NCBI GenBank assembly: GCA_951406725.2
Contig: OX597825.1
Location: 50,096,001 to 50,160,000 of the forward strand
Reading direction: 5' to 3'
From: Octopus vulgaris
Lineage: Eukaryota
Length of the DNA stretch: 64,000 bases
Part shown: piece by piece, positions 23,531 to 37,142 of the stretch
Numbering within the stretch: the stretch's first letter is position 1
How the letters are laid out: every line of letters begins with the position of its first letter
Position numbers and translations under genes: made by a program
The notes under the pieces: model-generated
Database searches by the model: none
What the model was told of the DNA's origin: nothing
What the model saw: only the letters and a program-made list of their open reading frames with translations

Positions 23531-23662
23531 AAAATGACATCACAGTTCTGACTTTACCGAGGAAACTAATTTTTAGTGACTGTATTCAACCAATAGCAGT
23601 AGCACAACCTGGTGAAAAGTTTTATAGTAATTGCATCATTGCTGGTTGGGGTGAAACTAGAG
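23531..23662 (+). CDS. S1A serine protease, exon 4 (Asp102 NDI motif, GWG motif)
   Basis: TTTACAG acceptor; QNDITVLTLPRKLIFSDCIQPIAVAQPGEKFYSNCIIAGWGETR; GTGAGT donor. Confidence 0.95.
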
Positions 23663-24379
23663 GTGAGTATATGTAATTGTTTTTAAAGTTTTTACAAATG
23701 TATGCTGTGTCTCACAGAAATATTCTCACTACATGTGAGTAGACAGTACCTAACTCAACACAGTTGAAAATGTATGAACTTAACAGAAATCATTTACTGT
23801 ATTAGTTACTCAGTGGCGACAAAATATACAATATTTACTTACAGCACTCTAAGATTTATATAAAATCAAGCCGAAAACAGCAATCGTATTGAACAAGATA
23901 TAATTTATAGCTTTTTGCTACAAATCAGTATTATTCTGAGAGGAATACAGAGAAATATAGTATCAAGATGATGAAATGTTTTTGTTATTTACTTATCACA
24001 ATCTGATTTCCATCTATATTTCTGTTATTGTGATAGTGGCGCTATTGGTTCGAAGGTATATATTATATGTCAGATATTCCCGTGAACGGCACTATGACAG
24101 TGAAGCTCTGGACTCCATATCTGGTAATGTGAGAATGTGTCTTTGGAAGTAGTGATCTTGGATTTTGAATGTGATACTATGTCAGTAGAATTATGGAGAA
24201 AATTGTTGGAATCACCAGAAGGGTACTGTAGAAGAAGTCCAAAGTTAATTTCCTGTTTTCTCAGTTGAAATCCCACCAGAAACAATTTTGGAATTTACTT
24301 CCTAGTACTAGTAAGTTATTTGGTCTGAGAAATCAAACTGTACCCCCTCGGTACATCAATCAGTCGAAGAAACTATTAT

Positions 24380-24950
24380 TTTTAACAATATCGGATTTCT
24401 AGCGAATCGATAGTTGATCCGTAGAGAATCGATTGACAACTTGAGTGAACTGACAGAAACTCGACAGAGGATCTACACATGATCGCTGGAGAATCAATAG
24501 ATAATCGTTAAGGGACTGATAGACGATTGTTTATGCGCCAATGCGTCAATGCACCAATAGATTATTGTATGATGATAGGTAATTGGTAATAGATCAATGG
24601 ATGGTCGCTGAGGGTTTATCGCTAAAGGGAATCACTACTGGAACGGTAGAATTCGATATTTGATCGACATATGATCACTAGAACTTCAGTTAAAGCTCGA
24701 TATAGGATCAGTTGCAAAATCCATAGAAGACTGATAGAGGATCACTAAAGGGATTCACAATGGATCCTTAGAAATTTCTTGCAATGATCCTTCAACAGTA
24801 AATTATTGATTATCACTCGAGGTTCGCAAGACTAACGATATATGGTTGATTAGAGATCCCCAGGCAGTTACTAATTGATGGATAGATGATCAGCAGATTA
24901 TAAATAGATGAGTAATAGAGGATTAATATAGACTCATACAAGATTACTTG
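24380..24950. repeat. Degenerate ~22-bp minisatellite (GATCACTAGAGAATCGATAGA-like)
   Basis: Recurrent GATC/CTAGAG/CGATAG units. Confidence 0.6.
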
Positions 24951-25808
24951 AAATCCTTGCCATATTCAAAGTTTAGTTATATCATTTAATTCCATTTATT
25001 TGCAGACCAACTTAAGTAGACCCAACCATACAGTAAAGTCAATTCCATACCGTCAACCCACTTTCAAAACACGTGCCTGTGCCAATATATGGAATTTTAA
25101 CATGTTAACGATTTCCTTGTCTCAGCTTTTTCTTAGATTACAAAATAATCAATTCTTCTGGGGATTTCTGAAACCATAGATAGCACCGATAGAGAAAACA
25201 TCACCTGCACAAAGCTAGAAATCGATGTACTTTGAATTCTGTGTTAAAAGAACATCTTATTTACACCTTAACTCCACAATATAGTATATTTTATACCTCG
25301 TCAAAATAAAACATATTCGAAGATTGAATCAATAATTTATTTGACCAAATTCATTCATTTCATTAATTCTACCTTACATTTTTAAATTTCATATTTAGTC
25401 ACATTTGAACTTGCCTTTCAGACTGTTTGGGTTGATAAAATGTTACCTGAATAAATTCAGCAAAAACACTTCCTCTGAGAAACAAAGCCAAGGCCTGTAC
25501 CTAGTAAAGGAGTACACGTACAATCCGATAAATTTCTACAGTTTTACCGTCTTCCAGTTTGTTGTCACAAAGTTTCGGCCAATCTGAGGCTTTACAAGAC
25601 ACCTATCAAGATAAAGTGTAGTAGATTCGAACCAGAAACCATGAGATTATCACACAAACTTGTTATTGTCATACTCATACTAAAACATTGGTGTACTTAT
25701 AACCTGCTCTTTCTTTTTGAATCTCGGAGGAGTTAAGTAAAACTAAAATGCACAAATAGACAATGAAGTTTAGAAAGTACATTAAACATTTCTTTTGCTT
25801 GTTTCCAG

Positions 25809-25948
25809 CTGGAAAACCAACACAATACTTAAAAACTGCTCGAGTCCAACTGTTCTTACCTTCTGAATGCAGAATGTTCTTTCCAGATGTCACCAGTCAA
25901 CAAGTTTGTGGAGGATCAGGTCACTGGATGGGTCCAGAAGCATGCCAT
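25809..25948 (+). CDS. S1A serine protease, exon 5
   Basis: TTTCCAG acceptor; AGKPTQYLKTARVQLFLPSECRMFFPDVTSQQVCGGSGHWMGPEACH; GTAAAT donor, phase 0. Confidence 0.92.
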
Positions 25949-26139
25949 GTAAATATATTTTTTCTGTACTATAAAGTTACTATGTGGAGCCAAAAGTTTT
26001 TTTGTTTGTTTCACCTGATTATATATTTTGCAACTGGTACCTCCATGTTATATCATTAATTTGATATAGATTATTGTTAACCGTTGCTGATTTGTTTATT
26101 TTTTATTTTCATATATAACATTTGAATATTATCTGTTTA

Positions 26140-27240
26140 TTTTTTTATTCTAGAGCTTTGGTAATGAGTGGTTAAAAATTGTAATTAGTACCGTTTTACG
26201 CTACCCGTGCAAAAAAAAAAGGAAATGAGTGGAAGGACAGCAGCAAAATAAATTAATGATGTGGAAGGCCGAAGAACTGTCAACGAACATGTTGCACAAA
26301 ACTGATTCAGACGCTTCAAGGTGCCACCAGCCTCGAAGAAAAAGCAAGATCAAGAAGATCTGCTGTGGAAGATGTGTCTTTGCTTGAAATGGCTGAACAG
26401 CCAACCACAAGTACACGTATATTATCGACAAAAGTTGGTCCTTTACAAAACACCAATCAATGACACTTCCATAAACATGTTCTTGTGAACAGACGCTGTC
26501 GAAAGGTTTCTCATGAACTTACCTATGATCGGGCTTAAAAACCTGTAAATAGTTGCAAAGAACTGAGCGCAAATCCTCGAGATCCCGTTTTGGGCGTCGA
26601 ATTATAACTGGGGATGAAAAATGGATTTATTTTTGTAGTTTTAGAAACGGAAATCAGTGGCCTCGTTCCGACCAGGCTTCAGAACCGGTTGTCATACAAG
26701 GGCGATTTGAACAGAAGGTCATGTTGTGTGTTTGGTAGAATTTAGAGACGTTGTTGCACTTTGAGCTTATCCCACATGGTCATACTGTGAAAGTTAAACT
26801 TTATGCCCAACTGCAACCAGTATGTGATGATTTAAAAGCTCGCTATTCGGTGTTGGTCAATCCCAGACGCTCGCTCTTACAATATGACAGTGCACCAGTG
26901 CACACTTGCCAATATGACCAAGCGAGAACTTGAGAAACTTGGGCGGCTGGAAGTCTTGTCTCACTCTGCTACAGATCTTGTACCATCAGACTACCACCTT
27001 TTCCGAGCCATGCCTCATTTTATGCCCAGGTGAAGGTTTAGCAATATGGATGAGGTTATTAACGGGTGTATGTAGATTTTTGCCTCTAAACCAGCCGAAA
27101 GGCTGATATAAGCGTAGAATTGAGCTTTAGGAAACAAACAATAGAATATGATCATATATATTTTTATGAATAAACGCTTTTCGTGTGTGCTTTGTTTGAA
27201 CTATTAATTAAAGTTTGAGATGCAAAAAGTTTTTCACACA
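26140..27240 (+). mobile_element. mariner (DD34D-type) transposase pseudogene in protease intron 5
   Basis: RRIITGDEKWIYF, KVMLCVW, LLQYDSAPVHT and PSDYHLFRAM motifs, with frameshifts and stops. Confidence 0.88.
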
Positions 27241-28604
27241 ATATTTGTATTATCAAAAAACTTACATACATACATAGTCACATACACACAGACTCACACG
27301 AGCGCGCGCACCCACACATGCAGACACAGGAACATGCACGCACACACATATATAATATATGTATATAAGTCGAGCTTTCAGGATCATTAACTGGACAAAG
27401 TGCTTGACCGCTCGGTTCAAAGTCTCCCTTGACCTCAAGTGGCCTGAACTCTTTACATGAACACCACCCTGTACATAACTCCATGTCCCCCTACATGGCC
27501 TTGCTTTTTGCTTTTTGAGCCAAAAAATTAACTAACTCCAGCTGTATGTTCAAATTTCACCCTTTTGAATTGATGAAATAAATGCCGGTCGAGCACTGGT
27601 CGACGTATTTCACTGTCCTCTCCCACAAGTTTTCAGGCCTTCTAAGTTAGAAAGAATAATGTGCGTGTGTATTGCTATATCAACTCCTTCTTCTTCTTCT
27701 TCAAAACAGCTGTAAAGATGAATCTGATTATATCAAGTAAATTGCATACGCAAGTTTCATATTAATTTATTCCTTACGCATATTAGTCTTTGTCTGTCTC
27801 TCTACATATGTATATTGTGCACGTGAATTCCTATTCCCATTTTATATTGTTTTAACGAACATCAATTGAATCAATTTCTCCGCCAACGAAATGAGATTAT
27901 GTGACATTCATGCATTTCTCAAAGCCATTGGTTTGGTTTCTTTTGTTATTGTTGTTGTTGTTGTTGTTGTTCTTCTTCTTCTTCTCTTTCTTCTTCTTCT
28001 TCTTGCTATTTTATATCAAAATCAGATTAAATCCTGAAATATATCCTGTGGCACATGATCTAGAATTTTGATTAATACATTATACAGGCTTTTAATATTC
28101 ATTATTATCTCTGTTCATATAGGTTTCTCAGTTTCTTTGCAAGGAAGCGAAATGTTACCAGAATTTTATTCTTTCTTATGATATAGTACATTATAATTAT
28201 ATCGATATACGTAAGCGCTTTGCATCAAAACTTAGATCTGTTAAATTTACTGGACATTCTAAAAGACTGTCTTTGTCTAAACAATCTCAGATAATCCCAT
28301 GTGATGACGAGTGCATTGAATCAGTTTTACTTAATTCAGTTAGTACTTGTTTAAATCTATAGGTTTATACTGCTGTACAACATAGCATCACAACTGAATA
28401 CTACAAACATACCAGAAGCGCATTTCTCCCATACTACTATTACTATATGATTTCAAGAGAAAAAAACTACACATATCACTAGTAATTAATTGAGCTTCAG
28501 TTTTAATTTGCGTGTTAAAAATTAATTATGAAAATTATGAAACAAAATTATTTCTGAAAATGTTTCATTCGTTCTTTACATGCTGATATTATTTAATTTT
28601 ACAG

Positions 28605-28766
28605 GGAGATTCTGGTGGTCCTTTGATGTGTTTCAATGCAGTAACTGAAGAATTAACTATAGTAGGTACAACTTCTTATGGTGAAGCTAAATGTCAGAAT
28701 GGAATGGGCGTTTACGAAAATGTGGCACATTTCGTGTCTTGGATTAACAGAATGAGAAATACTTAA
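28605..28766 (+). CDS. S1A serine protease, exon 6 (catalytic Ser195 GDSGGP) to stop
   Basis: TTTTACAG acceptor; GDSGGPLMCFNAVTEELTIVGTTSYGEAKCQNGMGVYENVAHFVSWINRMRNT*; the six exons sum to 825 nt = 274 aa + stop. Confidence 0.95.
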   Translation, partial: GDSGGPLMCFNAVTEELTIVGTTSYGEAKCQNGMGVYENVAHFVSWINRMRNT

Positions 28767-28794
28767 AACACGATTTGATTATTGTATTGAAAAC

Positions 28795-28818
28795 AATAAA
28801 ATGCAAGCATCGAATAAA
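28795..28818 (+). terminator. Candidate polyadenylation signals of the protease gene
   Basis: AATAAA at 28795-28800 and 28813-28818, followed by T/GT-rich sequence. Confidence 0.55.
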
Positions 28819-29122
28819 TGTCAAATTATCTCACGAATCACTATTGTTGCTATTCTTATTGTTCTTGTTGTTGGCTTTTTTTTTTACTTTACATCCATTA
28901 TGGACGAGTAAAGCTATGCTCGAAGTCGTTCTACGCATGACTAAGCTGTTTTTCCAAGGCATAAGGATATTTTATTCGTCAGTTCCCCCTTATCTCGAAT
29001 ATCCTGAAGTGTATGAATCTAACCACGTGTGTATGCATTTATGTATGTGTGTGCAAATAAGTAAGATTGTAAGTATATATGCATGGATGTATGTATGTAT
29101 CCATGTGTGCATGCTTATATAT

Positions 29123-29171
<49 letters not shown>

Positions 29172-29303
29172 AGGTAATGGTGTCATTGGGACTTAAAGGT
29201 GTCAGGTAATGCTGAATAAGTGCTATAAACAGACCATAGTTAAATTCCAGATTCGATCATTTTGCAAATAAAGGGTTTAACGTTGGTTCTATGTCAGCGT
29301 GTG

Positions 29304-29610
29304 TATATAAGAATTTTTTGCGTAATAAGATAAAAAAACCAAGGTTGTATAGATATTAGAGCATTCATAGATAGAAGGTCTTACATCTGTTTCTGGGATA
29401 TTAATTAATAATAATATCCCTTCATCGGAGACAGTGTGAGAGGAAAATTAAGTCATATTAAGTCAAATTTTCCTCTCACACCGTCTCCGATGAAGGGATA
29501 TTATTATTAATTAATATCCCAGAAACAGCTGTAAGACATTCTGTCTATGAATGCTCTAATATCTATACAGCCTTGGTCTTTTTTATCTTATTACGCAAAT
29601 AAATTCTTAC
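29304..29610. mobile_element. Palindromic pLTR module with two divergent hammerhead ribozymes
   Basis: Arms ~29304-29449 / 29467-29610; + strand GTCT-CCGATGA-AGGGATATTA..TAATATCCCA-GAAA-CAGCTG-TA/AGAC; mirror copy on the - strand with CAGATG. Confidence 0.85.
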
Positions 29611-29629
29611 ATATATATATGTATGTATG

Positions 29630-29663
<34 letters not shown>

Positions 29664-29699
29664 TGTATGTATGTATGTATGTATCTTTAGGTTTAAGTT

Positions 29700-30460
29700 C
29701 GGTGTTTCATTTTACCACTTGCTGAAAGCGCCGCTCAGGCATATGGTATACTGTCCATACATCAGAAGAGTACAATAGAGCCGTTTGCACGCAAGATTTG
29801 TAAATCCTCAGCTTGGTTTCATGGTGATGCGGCGATTTGCCCAGATTCTCTTTTCAAGATCCCCACATGCTACAGATGCTGCACATGCTTCAGAATGCGT
29901 AGATGTATTTCTACAATTAGGAAGCCTTCTCTCGACAATAAAATCCGAAAGTAAATAAGTGTCAACTACCTCCATTCTTTTACCTTATACTATAATATCT
30001 GACTCGCTATAAGGAGTGCAGGTGGGAACACATTTTCTTTTCAAACTTACAGTTAGGCCAAAGTCCCAACATGAAGCTGTAACACGATCCATAATATGTT
30101 GTATGTTATCAGTGGTGAGACATAAAGTCAAAATCATTTGCATAAAACATTTCCCTGATCAAAGTTAAGCTATCTCAAGATGAAAACTCTTCCTGTAGTT
30201 CTGAACTGCAAGAGGACATCCTTATGATGCTTGAGGAATGCATGCGTTAATAGAACAGCAAAGAATATTGAAAAGTGTTCTGGACAAATAATATCGCCTT
30301 GATTCGAAGTTTGTAGAGTCAGTTCAGAAAGATCATATCTGATTGATCCCATCAATCCAGTGGAAGTTACAACTTTTCTCTGTCACCCATGCTTGAAATC
30401 GTGCAGATCTCCATTGCGACTGAGTAGTCATCTGAAATATCATAGACAGAATGTCAGAAA
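29700..30460 (-). mobile_element. RTE/BovB-like LINE RT fragment, decayed
   Basis: Minus strand LQFRTTGRVFILR, IREMFYANDFDFMSH, IQHIMDRVTASCWDFGLTVSLK, homologous to the 39645-42790 LINE. Confidence 0.75.
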
Positions 30461-30992
30461 TATCAGAAAAACGGCAATCAGCCGTGAAGATTTAATTATG
30501 TATGAATGCATATTTGAATGTATGTATACATGCGTATATGGTGTGTATGTATATTAATATGTACATATTCATGCATACATATCGTATATAAGCGTATATA
30601 TATATATATATATATAGTTAATCCAAACATGAAAGCACAAAAAAACTCAACAATGCGAGGACGTGGAACAAATATAGTATTATTGGACGCTCAGGAAAGA
30701 AGGAAAGAGGCGGAGCTCTTCGTCGGAAACATAGGAGAAGAAAAGCTCCAGAGAAGGGTAGACGGAGGAAAAAAATCGCCAACGGTACACACGCGGTCAC
30801 ATTTTGATATACATATATATATATATTGCATTCAAAATGGCTGACGGCTAGCATCGTGCTTGAAACTTTAAAATACCAACGAATTTGTATCAAACTGTTT
30901 TGATCGATGCATGTAACTCCCAATAAATCAGTTGAGTACCTTTCTTTCGTTAGTCCACTCACTTGTATATATATATGTGTGTGTGTGTGTGT

Positions 30993-31162
30993 GAAGACGT
31001 GCGGCTTAGTGTATAGGATATTCTGCTCATGATCGTAAGGTCGTGTGTTCAATTCCCGGCGACGCGTTGTGTCCTTGAGCAAGATGCTTTACTTAATGTT
31101 GCTCCAGTCCACTGATCTGGTAATAGTGGGTAGTACCTGTATTTCAAAGGGCCAGCCTTGTC
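30993..31162 (+). mobile_element. Second tRNA-derived SINE family (conserved-core type)
   Basis: A/B boxes (GGCTTAGTG, GTTCAATTCC) followed by TTGTGTCCTTGAGCAAGA core. Confidence 0.7.
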
Positions 31163-31307
31163 TAATTTAACGAGCAAACTGTTCCGTTGATGGGATGGTA
31201 TCAGATGAGTCCTTCGTCTTCGAAACCGACAGAGTGCTGCTTTATACACACACACAAACATATATATATGTATATATATATATGTAGTTCCCGGGTTGAT
31301 ACGGGGT

Positions 31308-31368
<61 letters not shown>

Positions 31369-32782
31369 CATATATATATATATGTATATGTATATATGCA
31401 TGTATATATGCATACCTGTATATGTATGTATGTATGTATGTATGTATGCATACTTCTAGTTGTACACCACATATTTACCACTGAGCTGATAACATTTTGC
31501 AGCGTGGCGCATCTTTTAAAGAAAACCCAGTCTACATAATTTATTCTAACAATTATTCTGGAAGTTATTCAAAAATTTTCAGCAACTGACAATAGTAGAA
31601 AAAATAATATACACACAGACATACACTCAAACTTACACATGCATACACACGCACACAAATACACGCACGTGTATATATAAATATCATATCTCCCTAGGTA
31701 CTTCTGCAATAGACAATGGAAAAGTTACTGCTTAGAATAAATCTTTTACATAATTATGTAATTATATAGTTAATTAGTAAATATGTAAATTTGTACATTA
31801 TCTTGGAAATAACTTGTTTTACCACAACAAAAGGTTTTTTGGCGCAGTTTTATGAAGAAGTTTATGCATGATGTCGATGTAGAGATTCTGATTGAATAAA
31901 CAGAAAATTAACTGAAACTTTTATAGTTATTTCATTGCAAATATATTGAATTCCTGTGGTTGTGTTTATTTTAAACAATTATAAACCGAGTGAGACCGGT
32001 AACTGCTACCCTTTTCATATATGTTATTCAGGGTTCCGTTGTCTGATGTTAAAATATTCTTTCCACCAAATATCCAACCCAATGTCGTTTTGTACATATC
32101 AACATTTACCTTCCCTTCGATATTAATACGAACGGAACCGGCATTAATGTCATGCAATCTCCTTTTAAAGTGTCTATTGTTTTTGAGATAATGAAACTAT
32201 TTCACGAAACATCATTGCAAGTTTTTGTTGTTAATCCAGTTAGTCCTAAACACGCACGCTGACCATTCCAACTATAACCATTCCTGTTTGTACATTATCT
32301 ATTGTATGCGTTTTATTTTTTTATCAATTGAGAAGGATGAGATTTGAGCATAACAAAATCTGCTGTATCTAGCAAATCGGCAAGCACTCTAGTGACACTG
32401 TCATTGTGATGTAACATACGAAATAATAACACATCAGACATTGTTACTTGAAGGAGAGCCCATGAAGGACAAGAGAACAATGAAGCTGTGTATTTTCGAT
32501 GAAAGTCATCTCATTCTCCCATGATAATAGGTGTTAGTATTGTCAAGGATGTTATAAAATTCCATAATTTTCTCCATCCTTTTAAACATTGTGAGACTGG
32601 TGTATAGTAAGCAGTAACCATAGGTGTGTAGATGTATGCGTGCGTGTGTGTGTATGTGCGTTTGCTCGTATGTGCGTGTGTGTGTACATGTGTGGGTGTG
32701 TTATAATGGTGGTGCCATAGCTTAGTCAAATCTGACTTCTAAACAAAACAAGACTATAAAAGCATATCTATTTGTCTGTCTG

Positions 32783-32853
<71 letters not shown>

Positions 32854-32937
32854 CTGCCTGTCTGTCTATCTATCTACCTATCTATCTTTCTTTGATTCTA
32901 GCTAAGTATCGATTTATCTATGTTATATACATATATA

Positions 32938-33480
32938 TTCTTTTACTTGTTTCAGTCATTTGAGTGTGGCCATGCTGGCGCACCGTCTTTAGTCGAGCAA
33001 ATCGACCCTAGGACTTATTCTTTGTAAGCCTAGTACTTATTCTATTTTACCCTTTTGCCGAACCGCTAAGCTACAGGGACGTAAACACACGAGCATCGGT
33101 TGTCAAGCGATGTTGGGGGGACAAACACAGACACACAAACACATACATATATATATACGACGGGCTTCTTTCAGTATCCGGTCGGCCCGTGGCTATAGTA
33201 GAGGCAAGTGTAGATGTATGCATAGAGGAGCACCTCTGTGGGTTGGTACGGCGCGTTGGTGTCTGTATGTGCATGTGCGTATAAGTATGTGTGTGAATGT
33301 ATGTGAATCGCACATTCACGTGTTTATGTTCCCGTAACTTAGAGGTTCGCCACAAGCGACCGATGGGATAGTACTAGGCTTGCAAATAATAAGTCCTGGG
33401 GTCGATTTACTCGACTAAAGGCGGTGCCCCAGCATGGTTGCAGTCAAATGACTGAAGCAAGTAAAAAATAAAAGAATAAG
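32938..33480. mobile_element. Two Octopus-type SINE fragments in opposite orientation
   Basis: 32938-33200 (-) and ~33320-33480 (+). Confidence 0.85.
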
Positions 33481-33629
33481 AATATAAAATAACAAAAGAG
33501 AAATGCACACAGTTGACATAGTTTTAATACATTTTTTATATATTTCATAAGTGAATGATTATTGTGTTTGTCGACCGGTTTCACTTTCGCTAATCATGCC
33601 ATTGAAATAATTGTAATTTCGTATTTTCT

Positions 33630-35200
33630 TAAGAAGATTTTAGCGTCTGAAGATTTAAAGTTAAGACTCATAAGAAGTGGCCCAGGCTGTGAAACTCACC
33701 TCCTAAACAACTTTCTAGACATCCTACTGTAACCTTTTCTGAAATACTTCAAACATTTCATTAGTGACGGTCTAGATATGCTTGAGCACCAACCAAAGAC
33801 AACTAATGAAGAAACATTATTGGTTTCCTTCGATGTTTCTAATCTTTACACCGACATCCCACATGACTATGAAACATAAGCAATAAAATTCTGACTGGAA
33901 AATTACTCTGAAGAACTTCCGGAACGCATAAACCAGGTTTATATAATCAAAACATTAAAATTTATACGTCAGAACAATTATTTCCTATTTGACGCCGCCT
34001 ACTATAGTCAAAAATGCGTAATAGCGATGGGATCAAAAGCAGCCCGTATCCTTGAGAACCTAATAATGGGATATTTTGAATTCACCATATATGAAGTGTC
34101 ACTGCAAAAATATGGATATCCATTTCACCATTATATAAGAAAAAACTAGAAAAGATATCCGGAACATTGCTTTATCATTTGGACATTCCAAATTATAAAA
34201 TCTTGGAATTTAGATCTAAATATAATAAATAAATAAAATAAAACCGAACATTCAATTTACAAAGGAATATAGCAAAGAACAGTTCCCTTTCTTAGATATT
34301 ACGATAAGAAAAGTCAACAACCAAATTTTAACTTACATTTATCTTAAGCCAACGGACTCGAAACAATAACTTCTGTTTAGCTCATACCACCCGAAAAACA
34401 TCAAAAGGAATGTCCCCTTTAATTTAGCAAAGAGGATTTGTAGTGAAGGATGGAAATACCCGGGACCTCTCTCTTCAAGACGTCAGGACAACACTAACTG
34501 AGAGACAATATCCATCCTCATTTATAAACGATGGAATTAAGCGTGCCAAGAAATTAGGCATTAAAACATTAAGGGAAACAAAACGTAAAACCGCATAACA
34601 TCTCAAAGCACTACCATATAAATCAAAGCACTACCATATAAATCAAAGCACAACCCTTGAAACAATGAGGCATACAACACTATTTTACAAAATTCACCTA
34701 TGCTCACTAGGAATCCAAACTCGAACAACATTCTGAAAACACATAAATTTATCAAATGCAAAAAGCAACCCAAATCGCTGAAAAGACTTCAGTTAAATGC
34801 GAAGCTTTACGTCAACCACTAAAACAATGGTTAAATAATGTGGTCGTCCAAACTATGGAACATGCCCCATCCAGCTGGAAGTCTCGGAATTCCCATTCAA
34901 ACAAGGAGAGAGGTTCACAATTAAACGAACTTCACTTATACTTCTGAAAATCTATTTTATGTTATATCTTCTTCGAGTTGCGGACATAACTATATAGGAC
35001 AGCCAAGAATGGCACTTAGACGGAGAACCAAACTACATAAGGAACAGATCGTTTACCACAGTATAGACGGATTCCTTTGATCGTACACATAGACGAATGT
35101 GCAGGTTATATCCAACCAATCTTCACAGAAAGTTTAAATAAAGGAAATCTAGTTATCGAAAAATACAGAACACGCCTAAATAGGAACACATAGCCAAATT
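33630..35200 (+). mobile_element. Decayed Neptune-type PLE (RT + GIY-YIG), related to the intron-1 element
   Basis: SGPGCETHLLNNFLDILL, LVSFDVSNLYTDIPH, FPFLDI, SENLFYVISSSSCGHNYIGQ; many stops and frameshifts; partial inverted pLTR at ~35690-35806. Confidence 0.88.
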
Positions 35201-36230
35201 AGATTGGCATTAAAACACACGAGTGTGAGCATATGCACATTTAGCATTTATGTTTTTTAGACGTGCATTTGAATATAACTGTTCGCGTATGGTTACGTGC
35301 CCGTGTGTGTGCGCCCGTGTATATTTGAATATAACTGTACGCATATGGTTATGTGCACGTGTGTGTGTGTGCGCGCGTCTGTGGATTTGTATACGTGTAC
35401 ATACTTGGTTGCATATATTTGTGCATCCATTTGACGTATGTGTGGGTGCGCATGTGAGTGTTTCATGCGAGTCTGAGTGAACATATGCATGTAGGCACAT
35501 GTACGTGGGTGTGCGTGCGCACATGTGTGTATGTACATGCGCGCATACATGATTGCTATGAGCTTTGTTACTCCTTTACTTTTTACTTTTTACTTCCTCC
35601 CCTTCGGTTTCTTCCCTTGGTTAACGATCATTCTAATAGCTCCTTTGTCTTAATAACGGTTATTTATATAGTAATTTTCCTTTCACCTCTATATGTAAGA
35701 GATGAGGGAACTTGTACGTTATTTACATTATTTATATTTGACAGATTTTTGTCCTCATCTTGTTTGTTGTTAGCACAACATTTCGGCTGATATACCCTTC
35801 AGCCTTTGTGTGTGTGTGTGTGTTTGTTTGTGTGTGTGTGTGAGCGGGTGTATGTGTTTGTTAATCTGGTTGCCTTGAATTTATAAACTATTCAGTGGAG
35901 AATCGAACGTGATCCAGCAGCCCTTTAAAAGCAACCTGGCAAACTACCTGGTGAAGTGCCGGCACGCTCCTGTTGCTGCATCATATTTATTTATATAATT
36001 ATTTACAAAAAAAAACAATTTTATATAATAGTACTACAATGAAATTTTGGAATCTCTAATTAAAGCCTGTTTATCCCATCTTCCTGTATAATTTATGTTA
36101 TATATACATGCACACACATACACACACACAAATACACATACACACATATATATATATAAAGATATACACATTTACATATGTATATATATATGTGTGTGCA
36201 TGTATATTTATGTATGTGAGGATATATATA

Positions 36231-36281
<51 letters not shown>

Positions 36282-36774
36282 TCACTAGGGCAAATGTAGA
36301 GGATTTTCAAAAGGATAAATTATTTATTCCACTTGACACGGCCATATGTCTGACATATTTATTACATTACCCTTGAGAATGGGTGGAGATGGAATTAAGA
36401 AAAGTTTCTATCCCCTCGGTACCCTTTCCTATGAGAATTTTGAAGGACGACAGTAATAAACATTGAAATGCTTCACACACAGTAATCTACCACCTTAGCC
36501 GCTCCTTCGGTTTCGGTATACACAAATACTAATATATATCGATTAACCTGAAGGCAAATTTTATAGGGAAATTATAATCAATTGAATGAACTCCAGAATA
36601 TTAATGACGCTCATTATATCGATCTGTGAACCATAAAAGACACATAGGAACTTCTATACATTTGAACTTATATTACGAACAATGGTGCACCGAAATTTTT
36701 ACGCAAATAGATCAAGTTCTTTTCAATTCTGCCTCCATCTAGTCTGTTGTTTTGTGGTCTACTTTTATATATAC

Positions 36775-36837
<63 letters not shown>

Positions 36838-36855
36838 CAGAGAGACAGAGATATT

Positions 36856-36894
<39 letters not shown>

Positions 36895-37049
36895 TAAAAT
36901 CATATGCGTGTGTCCGTGTATGTACGTATGTATATATGTATATAGGTATTTATAAGGGTGTGCGTGTGAGTATACACTTGTGTGTATATGTAATAAGATA
37001 TATTTATATAAATATATCGTTGTATATACGTATAGCTATGTGCATGTAC

Positions 37050-37142
<93 letters not shown>

